Assembly (NCBI GenBank): GCA_965237415.1
Contig: CBDEFM010000002.1
Location: 480,001 to 544,000, forward strand
Source of the DNA: Alphaproteobacteria bacterium
Lineage (GTDB): Bacteria; Pseudomonadota; Alphaproteobacteria; UBA828
Length of the DNA: 64,000 nt
Direction: 5' to 3'
The notes under the pieces are model-generated. The model was not told the origin of the DNA. It was given only the letters and a program-made list of their open reading frames with translations, and made no database searches. Below are positions 38,368 to 47,003 of the stretch, in pieces. The translations under genes were made by a program, and so were the position numbers. Position 1 is the stretch's first letter; every line of letters begins with the position of its first letter.

Positions 38368-38859
38368 ATGGATATCGCGGAGCGGCTCCAGCGCCTCGAG
38401 GATATCGAGGCGATCCAGCAGCTCATCGCGCGCTACGCCAAGGCCGTGGACCATAACGGCGACCCGGCGCTCGTCGCGCCGCTCTTCACCGAGGATGCGG
38501 TGTGGCATTGCGAGGGCATCGGCCATTGGGAGACGCGGGACGGCATCGTGCGCGACATTCGCCCCAACTGCACCACCTTCATGCCCTGGGCCATCCACTA
38601 CATGACCCAGCCGATCGTCGAGGTGGCGGCTGACGGCCTGAGCGCCACCGCGAATCACTATTTATGGGAGCTCGGCAAGGTAGCGCCGGCGGAGGGCGGC
38701 CCGACCGAGGATACCTGGATCGGCGGCTGGTACGACTCCCGGTGCCGCAAGGAGGGCAGCGTCTGGAAGTTCGCCCGCATCGACCTCACGCTGAAGCTCT
38801 TCAGCCGGGCGGACAGCCCTTCCTGGCAGACTCGGATCGCACCCTGGTCTCCTGAATAG
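38368..38859 (+). CDS. SnoaL/NTF2-like protein (LinA/BaiE-like), paralog 2
   Basis: Same motifs and colinear with the upstream gene; GGAGGAG RBS. Confidence 0.88.
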   Translation: MDIAERLQRLEDIEAIQQLIARYAKAVDHNGDPALVAPLFTEDAVWHCEGIGHWETRDGIVRDIRPNCTTFMPWAIHYMTQPIVEVAADGLSATANHYLWELGKVAPAEGGPTEDTWIGGWYDSRCRKEGSVWKFARIDLTLKLFSRADSPSWQTRIAPWSPE

Positions 38860-38874
38860 CGGGCGGCCTGTACG

Positions 38875-39639
38875 CTACTTCGGCGCCATGCGGAGCGCGC
38901 CGTCGAAGCGGATCACCGAGCCGTTCATGAAGGTGTTCTCTGCGATGTGCACGGCGAGCGCCGCGTACTCGTCGGCGCCGCCGAGGCGCTTGGGGTAGAC
39001 CGTCGTCTCCAGCAGCGATTGCTTCACCGGCTCGGAGAGGCCCGCCATCATCGGCGTGTCCATCAGCCCCGGCGCGATGCAGTTCACGCGAATGCCCTCG
39101 CGGGCAAGCTCGCGTGCGAGGGGGATCGTCATTGCCGCAACGCCGCCCTTGGAGGCCGCGTAGTCGAGCTGGCCGATCTGGCCTTCGAAGGCGGCGACCG
39201 AGGCGGTGATGACGATGCAGCCGCGCTCGTTGTCGTCCATCGGGTCCATCGCAGCCATGTCGGCGGCGGCGAGCCGGCACGAGTTGATCGTGCCGATCAG
39301 GTTGACGTGGATCGCGCGGGTGAGTTTTTCGAGCGGGCTTGCGTTGCCGTCGCGGCCCACCAGCTTGGCGCCGGGCGCGATGCCCGCGCAGGCAACCATG
39401 ATGCGTGCGGGCCCGAGCGCCTCGCGCACCGATGCCACGGCGGCTTCGTGACTGGCCGGGTCGACCACGTCGCATACCGCAGCCGCGCCACCGATTTCGG
39501 CCGCAACTTTCTGCGCCAGGTCCTCGTTCATGTCGAGGATGCCGACCTTGGCCCCGGCGGCCGCGAGCGCGCGCGCCGTCGCCTCGCCGAGCCCGGACGC
39601 GCCGCCGGTGACGATCGCCGTTTGCCCGCTGATGTTCAT
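38875..39639 (-). CDS. SDR, 3-hydroxyacyl-CoA dehydrogenase type II (HSD10-like)
   Basis: TGGASGLG, TASVAAFEGQIGQ, YAASKGG, DGALRM. Confidence 0.92.
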   Translation of the reverse strand: MNISGQTAIVTGGASGLGEATARALAAAGAKVGILDMNEDLAQKVAAEIGGAAAVCDVVDPASHEAAVASVREALGPARIMVACAGIAPGAKLVGRDGNASPLEKLTRAIHVNLIGTINSCRLAAADMAAMDPMDDNERGCIVITASVAAFEGQIGQLDYAASKGGVAAMTIPLARELAREGIRVNCIAPGLMDTPMMAGLSEPVKQSLLETTVYPKRLGGADEYAALAVHIAENTFMNGSVIRFDGALRMAPK

Positions 39640-39716
39640 GCCTTACTCCTTCGCTGAAGTGCGCGCCTACATAGCAAACCGGCGGTGCATGCAAAAGTCG
39701 CAGGGCGGACCGACGC

Positions 39717-40634
39717 CTACGGGGCTATGGCGCCGGGGCGGCGTTTCCCGAGGAGCGCTTCACGGCGGGCGATGTAGACGGCGCTGGCGACGATGAAGAC
39801 CGCGCCGACCCAGGTCCAGATGTCCGGAAACTCGGCGAACGCGAACCAACCGATCAAGACCGCGAAGGGGAGGCGCGTGAAGTCGAGCGGCACGATCGCC
39901 GTCGCCTCCATGATCGAGAGCGCGCGCGCCATCGAGAAGTGCGCGATCGTGAGGATGCAGCCGATGCCGAGCAGCCAGCCGAGTTGCTCCAGCGTCGGCG
40001 TCTCCCACCACCAGAGCGCCGGGCCAAGCGAGATCGGCGTCATGATCAGGTTCATGTAGAAGACGATAGAGAGCGGCGATTCGTTGCGCGCCAACAGGCG
40101 GACCAGGGCCATGGAGATGGCGAAGAGCAGCGCGGCGAAGATCGCCAGCAGGCCGCCGGCGGAAAGGGTCTCCGCGCCCGGCTGCAGCACGATCAGAACA
40201 CCGGCGAAACCCACGATCGTGGCGATCCAGCGGCGCGGGCCGACGCGCTCGCCCAGCATCAGGATGGCGACGGGGATCATCCAGAGCGAGACCGTGAAGT
40301 TCAGCGTGATGGCTTCCGCGAGCGGCGTAATCTGCAGCGCCGAGTACCAGGCCCACATGGCGAAGACGCCAATTCCGGCGCGGACCGCGAAGAGGCGGAA
40401 TCGGCCCAGGTCGAACGAGCCGAACCCGATCCTGAACATGAAGGGCACCAGGATCAGAGTGCCGATGGCGTTGCGGATGAAGGCGATCTGAAACACCGAG
40501 ATTTCCGCCGAGATGTGGCGGATCGCCGCCGACATGCCGGCGAAGCAGGCGCAGGTGAAGACCATCAGGAGCACGCCCTCCCAGGTGCGCCCGATGGCGA
40601 GGCCGCCTGCCCGTTCCGTCGACTGCGTGCTCAT
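39717..40634 (-). CDS. DMT/EamA family transporter
   Basis: 10 TM segments; LGERVG.RRW, FAEFPD. Confidence 0.88.
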   Translation of the reverse strand: MSTQSTERAGGLAIGRTWEGVLLMVFTCACFAGMSAAIRHISAEISVFQIAFIRNAIGTLILVPFMFRIGFGSFDLGRFRLFAVRAGIGVFAMWAWYSALQITPLAEAITLNFTVSLWMIPVAILMLGERVGPRRWIATIVGFAGVLIVLQPGAETLSAGGLLAIFAALLFAISMALVRLLARNESPLSIVFYMNLIMTPISLGPALWWWETPTLEQLGWLLGIGCILTIAHFSMARALSIMEATAIVPLDFTRLPFAVLIGWFAFAEFPDIWTWVGAVFIVASAVYIARREALLGKRRPGAIAP

Positions 40635-40768
40635 GGCGGGCGGCCTGCTCCCCTGCGCCGCCCGCCCGGCGCCCCTCTATCGAGTGCTTGTCTGTGGGCA
40701 CAGGCGGCGGGTGCGTTCCACCATGCCACATCCGCCGGGCGGCCACAGCCCGCCGACGAGAGCGAGGG

Positions 40769-41881
40769 TCAGTCGGACTGTCTCGCTGACCTGACCGTCA
40801 ACATTGTCTCGTCGCTTCGCTGCTCGATGACCGATTGGAACGGATAGCCGAGACCCCATGACGGGGTGTCGATCGTCCACGACAGGCGACGGCCCGCTTC
40901 CGTGGGCTCGGAAACCACCCGTCCGCTGGCGACCGGCTCCTCGGGATCCATCAGGATGGAAAATCGGCTGGTCGCCTTTGGTGCAGGGCCGGTGAGGGGG
41001 AGGGGCTCGTCCAACGAGATCACCATGCGGTGCGAGCCCACATCGTGGCGATATCGTTCCAGGGCGCCATCGGCATCCAACTCGATGGTTATGCGGTCGC
41101 GATAACCCGGCAGGTCTGCGACGAGGGCGACACCCCCGGTGCGCACCTCGACATCGAAGGAGAGACCGGCCGCGTCGTCGCTGAGGCGTGACTCGCTTGT
41201 CGCGAACGACCACTGCCCGAAGGGAAAGACCACGATCTGAATCCCGGCGCTGTAGGCGGCGACGAAAGGGTGCTTTCCCTCGGGGTCGTCTCCTGCGCGA
41301 AAGGAGAAGTCCCGACCGTCGATCACGACGCTGTTGCGCTCTGTCAGTGAACCGCTCACCCGGTGAAACAGCATGACCAGTTTCTCGGCCGAGTGACCGG
41401 ACTGGTCCGTCAGACCGTCGTCGTGCCTTTTCAACGGTACGCCCTTGGCTTCGATGGCGATCTCGACCTCCTTGCCGTCGAGACCGGAGAACGAGGCATG
41501 CACGCTCTGTCCTTTCCCAGATTCACCGGCGCGTCGATAGTCGATCTCGCGGTAATGGAAGTTGTCGACGTATTCGGCGATCCGGCGGTCGTCGATGAAG
41601 TGGTGCTGGCGCTTCTCCCCGTCACGCTCGGTGAAGATGACCCAGACGAGCTTGTACGGATTGTGAGGCGCGTCGACGGACATGACCTCGACCGCTTCGT
41701 ATGTCGGGTGACGGGGAAGCCACACATACCAGTGATGATCGAAATGAACGTGGTGGCTCGTCAGGGGCACGGCGGGCGCGAACGCGGCCACGCCACGGCC
41801 GGTGGTCGTGAAGGCCATGCAGGCGAGGACCAGCGCTGCGCCGATCAGCAGCCGAGAAAGGGTAGGGGTGTGAATGCGCAT
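40769..41881 (-). CDS. Hypothetical secreted protein
   Basis: Long ORF with N-terminal signal peptide and GC3-rich codons; no family recognised; start 41881 or 41917. Confidence 0.7.
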   Translation of the reverse strand: MRIHTPTLSRLLIGAALVLACMAFTTTGRGVAAFAPAVPLTSHHVHFDHHWYVWLPRHPTYEAVEVMSVDAPHNPYKLVWVIFTERDGEKRQHHFIDDRRIAEYVDNFHYREIDYRRAGESGKGQSVHASFSGLDGKEVEIAIEAKGVPLKRHDDGLTDQSGHSAEKLVMLFHRVSGSLTERNSVVIDGRDFSFRAGDDPEGKHPFVAAYSAGIQIVVFPFGQWSFATSESRLSDDAAGLSFDVEVRTGGVALVADLPGYRDRITIELDADGALERYRHDVGSHRMVISLDEPLPLTGPAPKATSRFSILMDPEEPVASGRVVSEPTEAGRRLSWTIDTPSWGLGYPFQSVIEQRSDETMLTVRSARQSD

Positions 41882-41961
41882 TTTTCGGATGACTCCCAAG
41901 TCAGTATTGGTGGTCACTACGCCAAGGGGCTGTCAATCGGGCTGAATCGCCCGCCGCCTCA

Positions 41962-42672
41962 TCACTCGTAACAGCCGAAACAGGTGAGCTCGGCGGGGTT
42001 GTGCGGATCGTCGAGCTGTCGTTGCGCCATGAGCGCGTACCTGGACTCCGGCAGCTCGGCGATCATGCGGTGCAGATATACCCGGGCGTCGTCGTGCCTC
42101 TCCAACCGCCAGAGGACTTCCGCGAGCCCGCCGAGAAGTTCGCCCCGGCTGTGCACCGTGAGGGAATCGAACTCGGGCGTGCGCAGCTCAAGGATTTTCG
42201 TGTAGTCCTCGACCGCGGTCTCCAGGTAACGGTTGCGCGACGCAGCATCCTCTGTGTGTCGTGCGACCGACAGGAGCACGGAGGCTCGCGGGATCCGCGT
42301 CTGCAGGCTGTCCGGCGCAAGCGAGACGGCACGGTCGAACTGGGCGAGGCTCTTGTCGAACAGCGCCTGCCCCGTATTCCAGTCGCCCCGTGCGAAGGCC
42401 ATGCCTGACTGGAAGCTCCAGCCCGTTGCCTGCCAGACCAGGGCGCCAGGATGGTCCGGATCCGCCTCCAGCGTCTCGTCCACGTACGCCATGCCGCGCT
42501 CCAGCGCCTCGTCGTTGCCGGCGAAGCCCGCGGAGAAGAGTTCCCGGACCGTCTCGTTGAAGCGCTCCGGCTCATTGGCCATGGTCGGGGCGGCCAGCAG
42601 GAGGCCCAGCAACAGCGCAACGAGGCCTAGAATGCGCGCGTTCCGGCGCTGATACGTCTTCGATGATCCCAT
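41962..42672 (-). CDS. Secreted TPR-like helical protein with C-terminal CxxCY
   Basis: Signal peptide; helical repeats (DPDHPGALVW, AVSLAPD, ELPESRYA); ends LTCFGCYE; GGGAG RBS. Confidence 0.78.
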   Translation of the reverse strand: MGSSKTYQRRNARILGLVALLLGLLLAAPTMANEPERFNETVRELFSAGFAGNDEALERGMAYVDETLEADPDHPGALVWQATGWSFQSGMAFARGDWNTGQALFDKSLAQFDRAVSLAPDSLQTRIPRASVLLSVARHTEDAASRNRYLETAVEDYTKILELRTPEFDSLTVHSRGELLGGLAEVLWRLERHDDARVYLHRMIAELPESRYALMAQRQLDDPHNPAELTCFGCYE

Positions 42673-42689
42673 GTCTTTCTCCCTTTCGT

Positions 42690-42995
42690 TCAGGCGCCGG
42701 CGCCTTCGCCCTCCAGAATGTCGCGCAGATAGGCCACATGGTTCTGGAAGGCGCGCCGTCCCGGCGCGGTGATGCGGACTCGCGTTCGCGGCCGCTTGCC
42801 TACGAAATCCTTCACCACGGTTACGTAGCCGGTCTTCTCCAGGGTCGTGAGGTGCGATCCGAGATTGCCGTCGGTGGCGCCGGTGATCGCCTTCAGCCGA
42901 ACGAATTCCAGCATTTCGCGGCGTGGCAGGGCGTTGAGCGCCGACATGATCTTGAGCCGCGTCGACTGGTGGACGATCTCGTCGGGTGCGCTCAT
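42690..42995 (-). CDS. Winged-helix transcriptional regulator (HTH_34 / MarR-like)
   Basis: IVHQSTRLKIMSAL, TDGNLGSHL..LE..GYV, KDFVGKRPRT, T..GRRAF. Confidence 0.9.
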   Translation of the reverse strand: MSAPDEIVHQSTRLKIMSALNALPRREMLEFVRLKAITGATDGNLGSHLTTLEKTGYVTVVKDFVGKRPRTRVRITAPGRRAFQNHVAYLRDILEGEGAGA

Positions 42996-43558
42996 CAGGC
43001 ACGTCTGAACCAGAAGCCGCCGAGGATGAGGGCACCGCCGCCCACAAAGGGAACGATTAACGGCAATTGCTCAGGCGCGAGGTGAAAGACCCCGACGGCG
43101 AGGCCGGCCAGCGCAACGCCCACGACCGCATAGCGAACGCCGACCCAGCACCCAGCGACGGCGTAGACTGCCGCCACTACAAGGGTGATGAGCATCAGAA
43201 CCTCGTCGCTGGACACCGGTACGAAAACCATGAGCGATAGCCCGACAAACGCCGCCAGCACAGCGAACGTCCCGAGGTAGCGGAGCAGGCGAACGCGGTC
43301 GTCGCGATTGTCGGATCGGCGCGCGTAGCGCACGACCAGAATTGCACTGCCGAGGAGGCCAATGACGTCGACGGCGGCCCAACCGATACCGACGTTGGCG
43401 GGTGAAAGTGCCCCAACGGCACCGGCAACGATCCAGAGAGCGCCCCACAGCATGAAGTAGGGACTCGCCAGGCCATACAGAAACAGCGTTTGACTGCGGC
43501 GTTCTGCCGTCTCGACGTCGTGCAGCGCTGACTGGGCTTCGTCCTTGCTCACGCTCAT
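42995..43558 (-). CDS. Hypothetical membrane protein (about 6 TM)
   Basis: Hydrophobic with LWG..W motif; stop/start overlap with the wHTH gene. Confidence 0.8.
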   Translation of the reverse strand: MSVSKDEAQSALHDVETAERRSQTLFLYGLASPYFMLWGALWIVAGAVGALSPANVGIGWAAVDVIGLLGSAILVVRYARRSDNRDDRVRLLRYLGTFAVLAAFVGLSLMVFVPVSSDEVLMLITLVVAAVYAVAGCWVGVRYAVVGVALAGLAVGVFHLAPEQLPLIVPFVGGGALILGGFWFRRA

Positions 43559-43610
43559 GGCTTGCTCCGCGCTTTCGGGTATGCGCTAGGCAGGAGCATA
43601 GTCGGACTAC

Positions 43611-43627
43611 ACTCTGCAATACAGAGT
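43611..43627. promoter_or_regulatory. Palindromic operator ACTCTG-N5-CAGAGT
   Basis: Perfect 6-5-6 inverted repeat about 53 bp upstream of the wHTH operon. Confidence 0.6.
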
Positions 43628-43646
43628 AATCTGTATGCCAAAACGG

Positions 43647-43675
43647 CTTGATTTGCGTCTCCGCTATTCCCACAT
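43647..43675 (+). promoter_or_regulatory. RpoH (sigma32)-type promoter of the small heat shock gene
   Basis: CTTGAT-N16-CCCACAT resembles the RpoH consensus; lies upstream of ibpA. Confidence 0.6.
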
Positions 43676-43762
43676 GGAAGAGGCAAGCGTGGCCAGCGGC
43701 ATGGCAGCTGCCGCAATCGATCGCAACAGGGCGCGCGCCGCCGCCGGGCGCACCCGCCGAGA

Positions 43763-43791
43763 CTCGCTCGATGGAGGAGGGCTGGGCGATG
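43763..43791 (+). promoter_or_regulatory. ROSE-like RNA thermometer (SD-sequestering hairpin)
   Basis: CUC-G-CUC GAUG GAG-GAG hairpin with UCGCU motif opposite the SD, in the 5' UTR of an sHsp gene. Confidence 0.65.
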
Positions 43792-44214
43792 GCACGAATG
43801 TCACCTTTCAGCAGCCCCCTTCTGCTCGGCTTCGATCGCCTGGAAGAAGTGGTCGACCGTCTGACGCGCTCTTCGACCGAGGGCTATCCCCCGTACAATG
43901 TCGTGCAAGTGGCGGACGATCGGTTGCGCATCAGCCTCGCCGTGGCGGGGTTCGATGAAGACGGTCTCGACGTCACGGTCGAGCGCAACGAGCTGCACAT
44001 CAGAGCCCGGCAGGCCGAAGACAACGGCGCCGTCTACCTCTATCGCGGCATCGCAGCGCGCCAGTTCCATCGCACGTTCCTACTTGCCGACGGGATCGAG
44101 GTAGACGGCGCGCACCTCGATAGCGGATTGCTTCACATCGACCTTACCCGCCCCGCCAGGCCCGAGATCGTGAAGACCGTTCCGGTCAAGGGCGCCGGTG
44201 GGGAAGGGAACTAG
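43789..44214 (+). CDS. ibpA: Small heat shock protein Hsp20/IbpA
   Basis: LLGFD, YPPYN, LAVAGF, YLYRGIAARQF, GLLHIDL. Confidence 0.93.
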   Translation: MARMSPFSSPLLLGFDRLEEVVDRLTRSSTEGYPPYNVVQVADDRLRISLAVAGFDEDGLDVTVERNELHIRARQAEDNGAVYLYRGIAARQFHRTFLLADGIEVDGAHLDSGLLHIDLTRPARPEIVKTVPVKGAGGEGN

Positions 44215-44283
44215 TGAATGCGCGTTTTGTGTGAGTGGGCGCGGCGGACGCTGCTGCGGCTTCCGCGCCAGGGTTGAAGGAGG

Positions 44284-44505
44284 ATGGTCATGAATGACGG
44301 CGATCGGGCCACTGCCGGCGAGCAGAGGGACTACGTCCACTTCCTCACCGGCAACGAAGCCTACATCCGGGAAGTCTTGGTGGACGGCGCCGCCGTCTAC
44401 GGCATCCACGCGCCGGACGGCCGCCTCCTCGGTGTCGCGCCGGACCGCGATATCGCGTTCGCCGCCGCCCGCCAGCACCAGCTCGAGCCGCTCAGCGTCC
44501 ACTAG
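44284..44505 (+). CDS. DUF1150 family protein
   Basis: AYIR, IHAPDG, AFAAARQH.LEPLSVH; usual partner of Hsp20. Confidence 0.85.
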   Translation: MVMNDGDRATAGEQRDYVHFLTGNEAYIREVLVDGAAVYGIHAPDGRLLGVAPDRDIAFAAARQHQLEPLSVH

Positions 44506-44535
44506 GCAGAGAAGTCCAAGAACGACGTTGCGAAC

Positions 44536-46245
44536 TCAGTCGGAGTCGGCCTTCCGGACGGAGTCCGCAGCGGGAAGCTCCAGACGAAAACTCGCGCCGA
44601 GGACGACGCCCGCCGGATCGTAGCGGTTGGCGCAGATCAATCGGCCGCCATGTGCTTCGGCGATCTGGTGCGAGATACTGAGCCCAAGACCCGAATGGGT
44701 GCCGAAGGTCTCGCCCTCGGGGCGGAGTGTGTAGAAGCGTCGGAAGATTGCCTCTTCCATCCCGACCGGCACGCCGGGGCCCTCATCGTCGACGCTGACA
44801 ACGACCTCGGCGCCGTCCCGGCGGAGCCCGAGCGCGATCGACCCGCCTCGCGGGCTGAACGAGCGGGCGTTGCTGACGAGATTCTGGAGCACCTGGGCGA
44901 GGCGATCCTCGACGCCCTGCACCAGGAACGGACCGTCGCCTTCGATCTCTACGCGGATGGCCTCGGAACCTTCACTCATCGATGAGGCTACGCCTTGCAT
45001 CTCCGCGAGCGTCGTCAGCATGGCACGAAGATCGACGGGCTCCAGTTGAGCGCGGGCCAGCTCGGTATCGATCTTGGAGGCATCGGCGATCTGGCTCAGC
45101 AGCCGGTCCAGCCTCTTCACATCCTCGCCCACGAGCGCGAGCAGCTTCGCGCGCTTCTCTTCGTCGGTGACGCGCCGGGCCGTATCGACGGCGCTGAGCA
45201 CGGAGCTGAGCGGGTTCTTCACCTCGTGCGCCACGTCGGCGACGAACCGCTCGATCGCGTCCATCCGCACCCACAACGCCTCGGTCATGTCCCGCAACGC
45301 CGCAGAGAGGCGCCCGATCTCGTCGTTCCGCGCCGTGAAATCGGGGATCGCCACCTTGCGCCCGCTGCCGGCACGCACCCGCTCCGCCGCGCGCGCGAGC
45401 CGGCGCACCGGGCGGGTGATCGTGCCTGCGAAAAAGAGGCTGAGGACAATGGTAATCCCGAGCGCGATGCTGAACGCCTGAAGAATAGTGAAGCGGGCGT
45501 TGCGGACGCTTTCCAGCACATCGCTGGCATCCGCCACCAGGAGCAGGGCGCCCTGAACCCGGCGGAACGGCTGGATCGGCGCGGCCACGACGGCGACCAG
45601 CCGGGCGTCCTGCGTTCTGTGCATGGCGCGCCCGGCGCTACCCTGCAGTGCGCTCAGCACCTTGGGGTGGTCGGCCGCGCGCGGTTCGCTGGGCTCGATA
45701 TAGAGGGGGACCGTCGTGCGGGGCGGCAAGCGCGCCGTGATCCACTCATAGGCAGCGTCCGCCGCCCGGCCGAGGACACCGCGGCCTTCCTCCGGGGGCG
45801 GCAATTCCGTCGTCTGCACCGGCGCCATGGGCAGCCGCCACGAGTCGACCGCGAGAGTCCCATCGGCGTTGAAGAGAAGCGCGCGTGTATCGATCGGCAG
45901 GTTCAGCCGGTGGACGAGGGTTGCAGCGTCCGTCGGGTCAAGGCCGGCCTCGGACGTGCCGGCGGTGCCGACCGCGCCCTCGCCGAGCGCCGCGGCCAGC
46001 AAGGTGGCTTCGCGAGAGAGCGAGTCGAGCTTGGCATCCATCAGGTCGAGTTGGAGTTGGTCGAGATAAAAGAAGCCCGCCACCAGGACTCCCAAGGCCA
46101 TGACGTTGATGGCGAGAATTCGAGCCGTGAGCGGAAAGGCGAGGCGCGGCCTGAGGCCACGCCTGCTCTTCGCCTGAGGAGCGTTCGGCGCCGCCTTCAG
46201 ATCGTGCTCGATCGGATCACGGCGATGTGTATCGGTAGCCGACAC
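44536..46245 (-). CDS. chvG: Sensor histidine kinase ChvG/ExoS
   Basis: [13 protein letters not shown] domain (IPDF..RNDEIG), [25 protein letters not shown]; start approximate (GTG overlapping chvI). Confidence 0.9.
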   Translation of the reverse strand: MSATDTHRRDPIEHDLKAAPNAPQAKSRRGLRPRLAFPLTARILAINVMALGVLVAGFFYLDQLQLDLMDAKLDSLSREATLLAAALGEGAVGTAGTSEAGLDPTDAATLVHRLNLPIDTRALLFNADGTLAVDSWRLPMAPVQTTELPPPEEGRGVLGRAADAAYEWITARLPPRTTVPLYIEPSEPRAADHPKVLSALQGSAGRAMHRTQDARLVAVVAAPIQPFRRVQGALLLVADASDVLESVRNARFTILQAFSIALGITIVLSLFFAGTITRPVRRLARAAERVRAGSGRKVAIPDFTARNDEIGRLSAALRDMTEALWVRMDAIERFVADVAHEVKNPLSSVLSAVDTARRVTDEEKRAKLLALVGEDVKRLDRLLSQIADASKIDTELARAQLEPVDLRAMLTTLAEMQGVASSMSEGSEAIRVEIEGDGPFLVQGVEDRLAQVLQNLVSNARSFSPRGGSIALGLRRDGAEVVVSVDDEGPGVPVGMEEAIFRRFYTLRPEGETFGTHSGLGLSISHQIAEAHGGRLICANRYDPAGVVLGASFRLELPAADSVRKADSD

Positions 46246-46909
46246 CGTAGAGCGTCTCGATCTGCGAGAAGGCCGGATCGATGACCCTGAACTTCTTGCG
46301 GATGCGCTTGACGTGGCTGTCGATGGTTCGGTCCTCGACATAGATCTGGTCGCCGTAGGCGGCATCCATCAATTGGTTTCGGCTCTTCACGTGACCGGGG
46401 TGCTGGGCCAGCGCCTTCAACAGCAGGAACTCGGTCACCGTGAGGGAGAGCGCTTCGCCCCGCCACGTGCAGAGATGACGGTCCTCGTCCAGCACGAGCT
46501 GGCCGCGCACCAGGAGCATACGTTCCGAGTCGGCATTCTTGGCCGGCTCGGCGCGTCGCAGGATCGTCCGGATCCTTTCGATCAAGAGGCGGATCGAGAA
46601 GGGCTTGGTGATGTAGTCGTCCGCCCCCTGGCTCAGACCGTAGAGTTGATCGTCCTCGGCATCCTTCGAGGTCAGAAACACCACTGGCACCGCCGAATGC
46701 TTCCGTATCTGGGCGAGCAGTTCCATGCCGTCCATCTGCGGCATCTTGATATCGAGTACCGCGAGATCGACCGGCCGGCTGAGCAGGTCCTGTAGCGCCT
46801 TCACCGGGTCGCTGTGGGGCCGGACGACAAAGCCTTCCGCCTCGAGCGCCATGGTGACCGAGGTCAGCAGATGCCGGTCGTCGTCCACGAGCGCGATGGT
46901 CGAAGGCAC
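46217..46909 (-). CDS. chvI: Response regulator ChvI (OmpR family)
   Basis: [52 protein letters not shown]. Confidence 0.95.
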   Translation of the reverse strand: MPSTIALVDDDRHLLTSVTMALEAEGFVVRPHSDPVKALQDLLSRPVDLAVLDIKMPQMDGMELLAQIRKHSAVPVVFLTSKDAEDDQLYGLSQGADDYITKPFSIRLLIERIRTILRRAEPAKNADSERMLLVRGQLVLDEDRHLCTWRGEALSLTVTEFLLLKALAQHPGHVKSRNQLMDAAYGDQIYVEDRTIDSHVKRIRKKFRVIDPAFSQIETLYGVGYRYTSP

Positions 46910-46940
46910 CGTTTGTCACTCCTCCTCCCAGACTGCCCCG

Positions 46941-46981
46941 ATTATGGGCCGACTGTGGCCATTTTGGGGCGCTAATCCGGC
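46941..46981 (-). promoter_or_regulatory. chvI promoter: four phased GCC repeats plus CATAAT -10 box
   Basis: Minus strand reads GCC-N8-GCC-N8-GCC-N7-GCC-CATAAT, upstream of a GGAGGAG RBS. Confidence 0.5.
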
Positions 46982-47003
46982 CGCTCGCGCTGGCACAGGC
47001 TCC

